Source: Patescibacteria group bacterium
GTDB taxonomy: Bacteria > Patescibacteriota > Patescibacteriia > SBBC01 > CAIJZX01
Assembly (NCBI GenBank): GCA_038065275.1
Contig: JBBTRH010000012.1
Span: 14,374 to 78,373 of the forward strand
Length of the DNA: 64,000 nt
Reading direction: 5' to 3'
A program made the translations under genes and the position numbers. This document shows, in pieces, positions 8,739-17,820 of the stretch. Each line of letters begins with the position of its first letter. Positions within the stretch are counted from its first letter, which is position 1. The notes under the pieces are model-generated. The model was not told the origin of the DNA. It did not search any database and saw nothing but the letters and a program-made list of their open reading frames with translations.

Positions 8739-11700
8739 CTACGGTTTTGTCAACCCTATCGTTACCACTCCGCCATCCAGCGTAATTTCGACTACTTGAC
8801 TCGCCCCCTCCACCGACGGCGTCACCGCCTTCGCCTTGACCTCTTTCAGGAATTCCTGGCTGTATATCTCGACGACTTTCGCCGCAGTCGTGTTCGGCTG
8901 AACGTGGGCAATAATCTCATCGCTCGGCTTCAACTTGGCGGTTTTGCGCAAGGCGTTGAATTCGCGAATCAAGTCGCGGAGCAGGCCCTCGGCTTTCAGT
9001 TCATCGGTCACGGTGATGTCGAGCGCCATATTATTACTCACCGCCCATTCGCTTCCGGTCGGTAATTTATCCGCCTGATGCAATTCCTTGACGTTCAGTT
9101 CATCGCGCACAATCTCGTCGAGATCGGGTCGCAACTGTTCGGTCGTCACAACTTGCTGTAGCGGTTGCCTGACTTTCAACCCGAACTTGGCGCGCAGGGC
9201 ATGACCCTCCTCAACAACGCGTCGGGCCACAGTCATGTCGCTTAACAAACGATTGTCGACCTCACCGACATTCGGCCAGTCTGCCAAATGCACTGATTCC
9301 AGTTCACCGCCGACCGCATGGTAGACGTGCTCGGCCAGGAACGGCGTGAACGGCGCCATCACAGTTGAAAGTTGTAAAAGAACGTGTTTCAGGGTGACGC
9401 TGGCTAGCGGCGCTTGGTCGGATTTGAAACGGTCGCGCGATCGGCGGACATACCAAGTTGATAAATCCGTCACGAAATCACCGATCGCCCGCGCCGCGCC
9501 GGTGATATCGTACTGCTCCAAACGCTTGGTCACATCGGCCACCAGCGTATTCAACAGTGAGTGAACCCAGCGATCCAGTGGATGAGCGGCTGGCCCCACC
9601 TCGGCCCCCTCCTTCGTGGACCTCTCGGCCTTGAGCTCGAGGTCGAAAGGAGGAGGGGTTAGGGGGTGGTTAGAATTCAGCTTCCAGAAGCTGACCACGT
9701 TCGCCAGGATCAAAAATGTCTTTTTTACGCCCTGATCGACGATCTTGAGATCGAAGTTCTTGCTGTCCCACGGCTGATTGGCCGTATACATGAACCAGCG
9801 CACCGCGTCGGCCCCGTGCGTGGCGAACAACTCATCGAGATCGCCGTAATTCTTCAGCGACTTCGATAATTTTCTGCCCCGGGCGTCGTTCAGGAACCCC
9901 AACACCACGACATTTTTGTACGACGGTTTTTTTACCACCCCGGCCTTTTGCAACAGCGTGCTGATCGCCAACAACGTGTAGAACCAACCGCGCGTTTGAT
10001 CAATCGCTTCGGAAATGTAGTCGGCCGGGTAGGCTTCGCCATGGTCAATCTTGTTTTTATTCTCAAACGGATAATGCCATTGCGCGAACGGCATCGACCC
10101 CGAATCGAACCAGGCGTCAGCCACTTCCGGAATGCGTCTCATCCGGCCCGACTTACAACTTGCACACTGCCAACTTACAACATCAATAAACGGCCGGTGC
10201 GGATCGAACGAGCCGTCGGGCTGGAACAATGACGCCGGAAATTTCAGTTCGATTGGTTGAGCGTTGTCCAATAGCGGCACGTCGTGAAGCACGGATTCCG
10301 GTTGGAGCGACAAGGCCCACCGCACGACGTAAATCGGGTCGCTGTGGGTCACGATTAGGATCGTCTTCCCTTCGTACTTGGCGTCTAGCTGATGAAGTAT
10401 GTTGAACATTCTGGCGCGGATTTGTAGCCACGTCTCGCCGCCCGGTGGCGCTTCATGGAGCCGGACGGCTCGATCACCGAAACCCTGGTGGAATTCCTCA
10501 ATAGTTTTCCCTTCATAGACCAGGCCGATGTGGTACTCATTCACCCGCGACTCGGTCGTGACCGCTAGTTTAATTTCCTGACCAATGATGTCGGCAGTTT
10601 CCTTGGCGCGGGCGAATTGCGATGAGATAATGACGTCAATCTTCTCGGTTTTTAACTTCTGGGCAACCTGCCGCGCTTGTTCGCGCCCCCGCGCCGTGAG
10701 CCCGGCCGTGCCGTCAGACAGCTCGGTATCCAGAGTCTCATTCAGATTGTTCGTCGACTCGCCGTGGCGGATGAAAATGTAGCGATTCCTGGTCGGTATT
10801 CGTTCCCGCAGTTCCTGATAACTCCCCAGGCACTCCTGATGTTTGCACTGATCGCACTGCCAGATGGGAATTGGCGTGCCCCAGTACCGTTCGCGGGAAA
10901 TGGCCCAGTCTTTCACTTCCCGCAACCACTCACCAAACCGACCGTCTTTAATGTGACCTGGGTACCAATTGATCTTTTCGTTGTTCCTGATCAGTTCATC
11001 GCGCAGTTTCGACATCATGATGAACCACGACGTTTTGGCGTAGTACAAGAGCGGGTGCTTACAGCGCCAGCAGAAAGGATAGTCATGTCGGTAGTTCTCA
11101 GCTTTGTAGAGTTTGCCGTGTTCTTGCAGCCACGCCATGATTTTTTTCTGTGTCTCCCCTTTCGGATCTTTCACTTCCAATCCGACCCAGGGTTTGACCA
11201 ACCCGTTAAACCTGCCTGTTTCATCAACCGTGTGGATTTTCGGTAAATCAAGATTCTTTCCCAGTTCGAAATCCTCAACGCCGTACATGACCGCGGTGTG
11301 GACGACGCCGGTGCCGTCTTCGGTCGTGACGAAGTCGGCTGGAACAATGGTGTAGGCGTTTCTGTTCGCACCCGCCGCCCCGCCGTCATTTTTCTCCGTA
11401 GGGGCGGGTTTGAAACCTGCCCCTACGTCGGCGGGGTGGGCCCTCCGCAAATCAACAAAATCAAACAGCGGTTTATATTTTTTTCCAACCAATTCAGATC
11501 CGTGGATAATCTGCAATGAACTTAGTTTTAGCGGTGTGCCAACATCCGCTTGACTTGCTCCGGCCACTTTTTCGGCATCTTTCAAGGCTTCCATTCTTTT
11601 TTGCGCAACAATAAACCGTTCACCCTCAGCGTTCGGAGTGGTTTTTACGTAATTTATTTTCTCGTCAACCGCTAACGCCACATTCCCCGGCAACGTCCAC

Positions 11701-12365
11701 GGCGTCGTGGTCCACGCCAACACGAACGTGCCTGGTTCATCGACGAGTTCGAATTTCACGTAGACCGAATCTTCTTCAATGTTTTGGTATCCTTGCGCGA
11801 CTTCGTGTGACGACAAAGCTGTTCCGCATCGCGGGCAATATGGCACAACTTTGTAATCTTGGGCCAGCAGTTTCTGATCCCAAACCTGTTTGAAAATCCA
11901 CCACAGCGTCTCGATGTACTCCGGTTGATAGGTAATGTAGGGATGGTCAACGTCGAGCCAAAAACCGACGCGCTCCGTCATCTTCTCCCACCGGTCTTTA
12001 AATTTCCAAACCGATTCTTTCGCTTTGGCGTTGAATTTTTCAATGCCGTACTTTTCAATGTCTTTTTTTCCCGACAGACCTAAATCTTTTTCCACCTCGA
12101 GCTCAACCGGTAACCCTTGCGTATCCCAACCGGCTTTCCGCTCGACGCGGTAGCCTTGCATCGTCTTGAAACGCGGGATAATGTCTTTGAAGGCCCGAGT
12201 TTCGACGTGACCGATGTGCGGAATGCCGTTGGCCGTCGGCGGACCGTCGTAGAAGACGAAATTGCCCTGCGGCGAGGGTTTCTGGAGCGTTTTCTTGAAG
12301 ATGTCCCTTTCTTTCCAGTCCTTCAGGATCTGCTCTTCAAGTTCGGGGAATTTGGGGATGGCCAT
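8739..12365 (-). CDS. ileS: isoleucine--tRNA ligase with inserted histidine-phosphatase domain
   Basis: FYDGPPTANG, HIGH, GWDTQGLP, WTTTPWTLP, ISRERYWG, DQTRGWF, KLSKS; internal RHGE domain. Confidence 0.97.
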   Translation of the reverse strand: MAIPKFPELEEQILKDWKERDIFKKTLQKPSPQGNFVFYDGPPTANGIPHIGHVETRAFKDIIPRFKTMQGYRVERKAGWDTQGLPVELEVEKDLGLSGKKDIEKYGIEKFNAKAKESVWKFKDRWEKMTERVGFWLDVDHPYITYQPEYIETLWWIFKQVWDQKLLAQDYKVVPYCPRCGTALSSHEVAQGYQNIEEDSVYVKFELVDEPGTFVLAWTTTPWTLPGNVALAVDEKINYVKTTPNAEGERFIVAQKRMEALKDAEKVAGASQADVGTPLKLSSLQIIHGSELVGKKYKPLFDFVDLRRAHPADVGAGFKPAPTEKNDGGAAGANRNAYTIVPADFVTTEDGTGVVHTAVMYGVEDFELGKNLDLPKIHTVDETGRFNGLVKPWVGLEVKDPKGETQKKIMAWLQEHGKLYKAENYRHDYPFCWRCKHPLLYYAKTSWFIMMSKLRDELIRNNEKINWYPGHIKDGRFGEWLREVKDWAISRERYWGTPIPIWQCDQCKHQECLGSYQELRERIPTRNRYIFIRHGESTNNLNETLDTELSDGTAGLTARGREQARQVAQKLKTEKIDVIISSQFARAKETADIIGQEIKLAVTTESRVNEYHIGLVYEGKTIEEFHQGFGDRAVRLHEAPPGGETWLQIRARMFNILHQLDAKYEGKTILIVTHSDPIYVVRWALSLQPESVLHDVPLLDNAQPIELKFPASLFQPDGSFDPHRPFIDVVSWQCASCKSGRMRRIPEVADAWFDSGSMPFAQWHYPFENKNKIDHGEAYPADYISEAIDQTRGWFYTLLAISTLLQKAGVVKKPSYKNVVVLGFLNDARGRKLSKSLKNYGDLDELFATHGADAVRWFMYTANQPWDSKNFDLKIVDQGVKKTFLILANVVSFWKLNSNHPLTPPPFDLELKAERSTKEGAEVGPAAHPLDRWVHSLLNTLVADVTKRLEQYDITGAARAIGDFVTDLSTWYVRRSRDRFKSDQAPLASVTLKHVLLQLSTVMAPFTPFLAEHVYHAVGGELESVHLADWPNVGEVDNRLLSDMTVARRVVEEGHALRAKFGLKVRQPLQQVVTTEQLRPDLDEIVRDELNVKELHQADKLPTGSEWAVSNNMALDITVTDELKAEGLLRDLIREFNALRKTAKLKPSDEIIAHVQPNTTAAKVVEIYSQEFLKEVKAKAVTPSVEGASQVVEITLDGGVVTIGLTKP
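9605..9670. repeat. nested palindromic repeat inserted in-frame in ileS
   Basis: CCCCTCCTT...AGGAGGGGTTAGGGGGTGGT containing a second hairpin CCTCTCGGCCTTGAGCTCGAGGTCGAAAGG. Confidence 0.7.
11398..11426. repeat. GTAG-type REP palindrome in-frame in ileS
   Basis: GTAGGGGCGGGTTTGAAACCTGCCCCTAC encodes VGAGFKPAPT. Confidence 0.8.
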
Positions 12366-12425
12366 AAAGTCGCGATATATCAGATCGCGTAGTGAGTATA
12401 CGGGTTTACCGTGCGGCGGTCAATT

Positions 12426-12534
12426 CCGCCTCCCCCAACCCCTCCTGAATTCAGGAGAGGGGCGGTACCGAATACCGTCAGTCAATCTTGGTTAAGGTTC
12501 CCCTCCTCAATTGAGGAGGGGTAAGGGGCGGTGG
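12426..12534. repeat. two inverted DUF559-associated palindromic repeats
   Basis: CCCCTCCTGAATTCAGGAGAGGGG and CCCCTCCTCAATTGAGGAGGGGTAAGGGGCGGTGG. Confidence 0.7.
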
Positions 12535-12883
12535 CAATTTCCTCAATCTTTATTAACACCCCACTAATGTCTCCTATTACTTCCTCATTCCGAAAACGCA
12601 CAATCCGAACATACATAGTCTTCAGCCAATCCGTCCGCATCGCGTCGTGTTGTTGCTGAACCGGAGTATCATGCCCGGCGCCATCAAGCTCTATTCCGAG
12701 CCGAAGTTTCGGACAGTAAAAATCGAGCATGTAGTTCCCAATACTGTACTGTCGCCTAAATTTCAATCCGAGAAATCGCCGGCTACGCAAGTATTCCCAA
12801 AGAGCAACTTCTGGGCGCGTCGAAGCGCGCCGTAAGTATCGGCGTCGTTCGAGATGCAGATTGAGCGTACGAATACGAGGCAT
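12482..12883 (-). CDS. DUF559 / Vsr-like endonuclease
   Basis: LRR.ST.PE..LW..LR......KFRRQY.IG.Y..DFYC....L.IELDG..H...RF.N. Confidence 0.9.
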   Translation of the reverse strand: MPRIRTLNLHLERRRYLRRASTRPEVALWEYLRSRRFLGLKFRRQYSIGNYMLDFYCPKLRLGIELDGAGHDTPVQQQHDAMRTDWLKTMYVRIVRFRNEEVIGDISGVLIKIEEIATAPYPSSIEEGNLNQD

Positions 12884-12973
12884 GCGTCCTCCGCAAGCCA
12901 CCAATCACCTTCTAAGCTAGATCAAATTGCAAATACCGTCAAGGTCATGAACCAAAAAAACCACCCGAACGTT

Positions 12974-13159
12974 TCAGGTGGCGGATCGCAGACCGCGAAT
13001 GGTGATTTCGATGAAAATTACGACCACGGCGAGGATGCATCCGGTGCCGATGACAATTAGGGCGGTATCAAGCATCGCTGAGATCGTCACTTCCAACCGC
13101 GACCACGGCACCACCAAGAGCATCACTAGAAAAATGAACACGCCGAACCAGGGTTTCAT
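12974..13159 (-). CDS. small membrane protein
   Basis: GGAGGGAG SD before ATG, two hydrophobic segments. Confidence 0.5.
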   Translation of the reverse strand: MKPWFGVFIFLVMLLVVPWSRLEVTISAMLDTALIVIGTGCILAVVVIFIEITIRGLRSAT

Positions 13160-13237
13160 CTCTCCCTCCAATTTCACCAAATCGGGCACGCCAAGCAGTC
13201 TGCGGCTACCCTACAGCAGATACCTATCGGCCGTCAA

Positions 13238-13339
13238 CCCAGCACCGCTTTTACCATCAGTATTTTGGATTTCGTTTTTGCTACCAGCCGCAAGATCAAA
13301 TGACGCCACCCTGTGATGGTTATCAAAAGTGGTGCTGGG
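13238..13339. mobile_element. MITE-like TIR element, family B copy 1
   Basis: CCCAGCACCGCTTT/AAAGTGGTGCTGGG, TCAA duplicated on both sides. Confidence 0.7.
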
Positions 13340-13591
13340 TCAAGTGTAGCGAATCAGCTTTAGTCGGCTTCGTTGTCCCCTGACAATTTTCAACGTGGAC
13401 GCCGCAACGTGCAAGTGCCGTGCCAGGATTTCTAAAACGGCGGCATTCGCTTGGCCATCATCCGCTGGCGCAGTCACGCGAACGACAAGACGACCGTCGC
13501 GTTCAACGATCTCGTTGTGCTTGGCGCGGGGAATAACCTTAACCTCGACCCCGTTAGAAGCGGATACAATCCTAGCCGGCTTCAAAGGCAT
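13340..13591 (-). CDS. DUF167 (UPF0235) family protein
   Basis: VKVIPRAK...VRVTAPADDGQANAA...IVRG.RSR.K. Confidence 0.85.
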   Translation of the reverse strand: MPLKPARIVSASNGVEVKVIPRAKHNEIVERDGRLVVRVTAPADDGQANAAVLEILARHLHVAASTLKIVRGQRSRLKLIRYT

Positions 13592-13648
13592 GGCGCGTTG
13601 ATTCAACGAATAGCTACCGCGTGCGAGATGATATCGCTTCTAACGGGA
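13549..13648. mobile_element. MITE-like TIR element, family A, overlapping two genes
   Basis: CCCCGTTAGAAGCG/CGCTTCTAACGGGA, 100 bp. Confidence 0.6.
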
Positions 13649-14791
13649 CCGGTCCGCCGCACGCTTGTAGACGGCCAGCGTTTCCCTCGCCACCCGTTTC
13701 CAGGAAAAAAGCTTCGCTTGCTGTTTTCCGGCCCGGCTGAGTTTCTTAGCCAGCGCCGGCCGGATCAGGACCTGGCGGATATGTTCCGCGAGCGCGTCAA
13801 CATCGTCCGGCTCAGTCAGTAAGGCGGCCGGACCGGTAATTTCCGGGATTGAAGAGACTTTGGTGGTGATGACCGGCGTCCCGAGTTGCATCGCCTCGAG
13901 CACCGGCAGACCGAACCCTTCGTACCGCGTCGGGAAGACGAAGGCCGCCGCCTCTTGCATCAGTTTCACTTTATGGTTATGCGGCACGTACCCCAAGTAG
14001 CGGACAAACGATTTTTTCAGCGTTTTAATCTGATCAAGTATCTCTTCCCCTCGATAGCCGGCTCCGCCGGCGATGACTAACGCTACGCCCTTCACCGCCG
14101 CTGGCCGCAATTTGACCAGGCGCTGCCAAGCCTGAATGAGGATGGTAAGATTCTTTCGCGGGTCAATCGTTCCGACGTAACAGATATATCGTGGCGGTAA
14201 TTTGTAGACTCGGCGAACATCAGCCGAGCGGTCGCGAAGTTTCAACAGCGCCGTGTCGGCCGCTTCTGGCACCACCGTCACTTTCTTCGCCGACACGTTG
14301 AACAAGTTCAACAAGTCGCGCTTGGTCGCTTTGGAAACAGCGATGATGCCGGCAGCTTTCTTTATGGTTTGCGGTACCAACAGTCGCGTCGAAGCGATCT
14401 GCGACGGGAACCATTCCGGATGTTCGTAAATCGCTAGATCATGGATCGTCACCACTGTCGGTCGGCCGTAGGACAGCGGCATGACATTGGCTGTGGCGTG
14501 GAAAACATCGAGTCGGTCGCGAGTCAGGAAGGCCGCCAGCAGGAGGTGAGAGTAGGCGAAAGGGAGAAATTTCCCGTATCGCGAAAACGGTAAGCGCCGG
14601 ACGGTGACGTTCGATCGTTCCAGGTCGTCGGTCACCGCCGCCGGCATGCGGTGATCGAAGTAGAGGTAGAATTCGTCGGTCCGGTCGATCGCCAACAGCG
14701 CCTTCACTAGGTGGAAAGTGTAATGACCGACGCCGGCCCGTTCACCGGACCCCGGGTTAAGCATTGTTCGACAGTTTATGCCAATTCGCAT
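13640..14791 (-). CDS. glycosyltransferase family 4 (GT-B)
   Basis: VVTIHDL, GTIDPRKN, FVFPTRYEGFGLPVLEAM. Confidence 0.93.
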   Translation of the reverse strand: MRIGINCRTMLNPGSGERAGVGHYTFHLVKALLAIDRTDEFYLYFDHRMPAAVTDDLERSNVTVRRLPFSRYGKFLPFAYSHLLLAAFLTRDRLDVFHATANVMPLSYGRPTVVTIHDLAIYEHPEWFPSQIASTRLLVPQTIKKAAGIIAVSKATKRDLLNLFNVSAKKVTVVPEAADTALLKLRDRSADVRRVYKLPPRYICYVGTIDPRKNLTILIQAWQRLVKLRPAAVKGVALVIAGGAGYRGEEILDQIKTLKKSFVRYLGYVPHNHKVKLMQEAAAFVFPTRYEGFGLPVLEAMQLGTPVITTKVSSIPEITGPAALLTEPDDVDALAEHIRQVLIRPALAKKLSRAGKQQAKLFSWKRVARETLAVYKRAADRSR

Positions 14792-14821
14792 AAAGCGATG
14801 TTATTCGTCTACTCGCCTCTT

Positions 14822-14872
14822 CCCCTCCTTAGTTGAGGAGGGGACCTGCGCGTAGCGCAGGCGGGGGTGGTC
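14822..14872. repeat. DUF559-type palindrome with nested CCTGC...GCAGG hairpin
   Basis: CCCCTCCTTAGTTGAGGAGGGGA CCTGCGCGTAGCGCAGG CGGGGGTGGTC. Confidence 0.65.
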
Positions 14873-14934
14873 AGAGGAGAGAGGAGTTTGGGGTGAGAAG
14901 GGGGGTCCGGCAGTCGATGCCGGTGCGCTTTGGT

Positions 14935-15153
14935 TTATCTCGGTCCATACAATTCTAACCGAACCCCGCGGTAGCCGTAAACGATCAGTACGCCGCCGGC
15001 AAAGGAAGAACCGACCGCCGCCATGAGGACGCGAATAGGTGTCCATCCGAAGACCGGCATGGCGTGGACGTTCCACAGCGCGCCGAGAATGAACACCAAG
15101 CCGAATCCAAGTCCGATGCTGGCTAGAACAAATTGTCGGTGGAGATGCTTCAT
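14935..15153 (-). CDS. small two-TM membrane protein
   Basis: ORF with two hydrophobic helices. Confidence 0.5.
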   Translation of the reverse strand: MKHLHRQFVLASIGLGFGLVFILGALWNVHAMPVFGWTPIRVLMAAVGSSFAGGVLIVYGYRGVRLELYGPR

Positions 15154-15243
15154 TTGCCTATAGGATATCACAAACCGCCACTCAATCAAGCGCCGAAAAA
15201 GATCCCTCGCTGTTGTGCTCGGGATGATCCGATTAAGGCCAGA

Positions 15244-16869
15244 TCACATCTTTTCCGGCGCCGTCACGCCCATCACCTTCAATGCCCGTTGGAGCACCAG
15301 TTGCGTCGCTTTCACCAGGTCGAGCCGGTGTAACCAGACTTTGTCCCCATCAATGACGCGGCAGTTCGTGTAGAACTCATGGAACTTGGTAGCTAGCTCA
15401 ATCGCGTAGAACGGCAGTTTCTGCGTTTCGTAACTCCGGGCCACGTCGTTAATGATGATCGGAAATTGCAACAGCGTTTTGACCAGGTTCAGTTCGGAGG
15501 TGTGCGGCGCCGATTTTGACGGAACCGGCGGGAGTTTCCCCACCTTTTTCAGGATACTACTGATTCGAGCATGCGCATACTGAACGTAGAACACCGGATT
15601 CTTGTCCGACTTTTCCTTGGCCAGCGTCAAATCGAAATCCATGTGCGTGTCTGCGCGGTGCATCAGAAAGAAGAATCGCGCCACATCGAGGCCGACTTCG
15701 TCAACGACTTCTTCGAGCGTCACGTACGTTCCCGCGCGCTTTGACATTTTAACTTCGTGTCCATCTTTCATCAATCGTACGAGTTGTAAAAACTCAATGT
15801 GCAGTTGCTTGGCGTAACCTAAGGCCGACATGGCCGCCTGGAGCCGCGATTCGAAACCATGATGATCGGCGCCAAGAAATAATATTTCCCGGTCGAATCC
15901 GCGCATAGCAAATCGGTAATACCGCAAGGCCACATCCGCCATGATGTAGGCATTGGTACCATCGGATTTAATAATGACTCGATCTTTATCGTCGCCGTAA
16001 GCAGTCGTCCGAAACCAAGTCGCATCATCCTTTTGGTACAACAAATCATGACTCTTCAACACCTCCAGTGCTTTGATATTTAGTTGCTTTGTATAGAGCG
16101 TGCTTTCACAGAACCACGAATCGAAGGTTATCTTGAGTTTTTTGGCCACGACCCTTTGTAATTCCTTAACCATCGTCTCCAAGATTCGCCCCCTGATCCG
16201 GTCGCGGATGTCGGTCATGTCCTTCAGCTTCAACTTGTCGATTTTCAACTTCCGGGCCAGATCGGACACGTACTCGCCTTGATAGCACTGGGCGGGGTAG
16301 TCGGTCGGAATCCCCTGTTGTTGGAAGTAGCGGCGGATGACCGACTCGGCCAGAATGTCGACTTGGCGGCCGATGTCATTCAGATAGAATTCGCGCCAGA
16401 CTTTCCAACCGTTCATGGCCAGCACGTTCGCCAGCGTATCACCGCCGAACGCGCCGCGACCGTTGCCGAGCGTCATCGGTCCGGTCGGATTGGCCGAGAT
16501 GTATTCGACTAACACTTTCTTGCCTTTGCCGTCGAGGTTGGAACCAAACTTTGTATCGGCCAAAATCCCCTTCACCTGTTTCATAATCCACTGCGGCTTG
16601 AGAGTAAAGTTAATAAACCCAGGACCCGCCACTTCCGCCTTCTCTAACATTGATGCTACTAAGCCTAACTGAGCGATCAAGTTGGTAGCAATATCGCGTG
16701 GACCCTGACCAACAACTTTTGCTAATTTCAACGCCACGGTCGAGCTATAATCACCAAACTGCGCTTCAGCCGTCGGCTCGATTGGAATCTCGACATCTTT
16801 CACTGCCGAATAGGCTTTGCCAATTGCCTGGCGCAGGAGTTTTCGTAGCTGTTCGTCGGGAAGAATCAT
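15244..16869 (-). CDS. argS: arginine--tRNA ligase
   Basis: FGDYSS, GPGFINF, EYISANPTGP, GADHHG, KMSKRAG, YVQYAHARI, APEKM. Confidence 0.97.
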   Translation of the reverse strand: MILPDEQLRKLLRQAIGKAYSAVKDVEIPIEPTAEAQFGDYSSTVALKLAKVVGQGPRDIATNLIAQLGLVASMLEKAEVAGPGFINFTLKPQWIMKQVKGILADTKFGSNLDGKGKKVLVEYISANPTGPMTLGNGRGAFGGDTLANVLAMNGWKVWREFYLNDIGRQVDILAESVIRRYFQQQGIPTDYPAQCYQGEYVSDLARKLKIDKLKLKDMTDIRDRIRGRILETMVKELQRVVAKKLKITFDSWFCESTLYTKQLNIKALEVLKSHDLLYQKDDATWFRTTAYGDDKDRVIIKSDGTNAYIMADVALRYYRFAMRGFDREILFLGADHHGFESRLQAAMSALGYAKQLHIEFLQLVRLMKDGHEVKMSKRAGTYVTLEEVVDEVGLDVARFFFLMHRADTHMDFDLTLAKEKSDKNPVFYVQYAHARISSILKKVGKLPPVPSKSAPHTSELNLVKTLLQFPIIINDVARSYETQKLPFYAIELATKFHEFYTNCRVIDGDKVWLHRLDLVKATQLVLQRALKVMGVTAPEKM

Positions 16870-16943
16870 GATTCTAGTATACACTATTTTCCGGAAGAAG
16901 TGCGTGCTATACTGAATGTGTCCCTATCACTGACTACATCGAC

Positions 16944-17312
16944 ATGAAAAAGAGATTCTACCTGGTAATGCTTTCCGTTTTTTTAGTCTTGAGTCTTGGA
17001 GTGACGTATGGCCGAACCGGTTTCTATGACAACCGCTGTCACCAACCGAAACAAACAGTTACCTATGGAACTACCGTGTACACGATTGCCCCGTGTAGCG
17101 GAACAACCATCCAAGAAAAACGTTTTGGATTTCCCGCTTTCTATACATTTGGCCATCAAGCTGAGTTCGGCATAGCACCAAGCTTATTTGACACTGGTTT
17201 GTTTATTCTGAATTTGCTCTGGATCGGCACGGTGAGTTTTCTCGCCGCCGTATTCACGCTACCTCGGAAGAAGCAGTTGCCATCTCCAACACCGACATCT
17301 GATCATACGTAG
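16944..17312 (+). CDS. hypothetical membrane protein
   Basis: Signal-like N-terminus, C-terminal TM; AT-richer than flanks. Confidence 0.55.
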   Translation: MKKRFYLVMLSVFLVLSLGVTYGRTGFYDNRCHQPKQTVTYGTTVYTIAPCSGTTIQEKRFGFPAFYTFGHQAEFGIAPSLFDTGLFILNLLWIGTVSFLAAVFTLPRKKQLPSPTPTSDHT

Positions 17313-17329
17313 TATTCATTTCGTCCGTT

Positions 17330-17776
17330 ATGCCGAACTACGCCACCAACCGCGAAGCTTTCCATAACTACGAAATCCTCGAAAAAATCGAGGCCGGTGT
17401 TGTCTTGACCGGCGCGGAGGTGAAATCGGTCAAGAACGGCAACGTCTCGTTGAAAGGGAGCTACGCCGCCATCCAGCAATCCCAGCTCCAACTCCTGAAC
17501 ATGCACATCGGCCACTACAAACCGGCTGGACCATTAAAAATCGATACCGACCGCTCCCGACGTTTACTCATCCGGCGCACGGACATCGACCGCTTCATCG
17601 GCAAAATCCACTCCACCGGCCTGACCCTCGTTCCTCTTTCCGTTTACAGCAAGAGCGGATTAATTAAGGTCGAACTCGGCCTCGGCCGCGGTAAAAAATC
17701 TTATGACAAACGCGCCAGTATTAAGAAACGGGAAACGAACCGACAGATTGGCAGAGCGATGAGGGTGAAAGCATAA
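17330..17776 (+). CDS. smpB: SsrA-binding protein SmpB
   Basis: NREAFHNY...EAGVVLTGAEVKS...GRGKKSYDKR. Confidence 0.96.
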   Translation: MPNYATNREAFHNYEILEKIEAGVVLTGAEVKSVKNGNVSLKGSYAAIQQSQLQLLNMHIGHYKPAGPLKIDTDRSRRLLIRRTDIDRFIGKIHSTGLTLVPLSVYSKSGLIKVELGLGRGKKSYDKRASIKKRETNRQIGRAMRVKA

Positions 17777-17820
17777 AGAATCGTGTTCCTACTAAGGCTA
17801 ATGTCGAATTGTTATCTCGC

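Noticed and set aside
13160-13189. PDLVKLE as a duplicated ileS 5' end
   Set aside because: Similarity is too weak, and the segment is explained by the SD of the small membrane gene.
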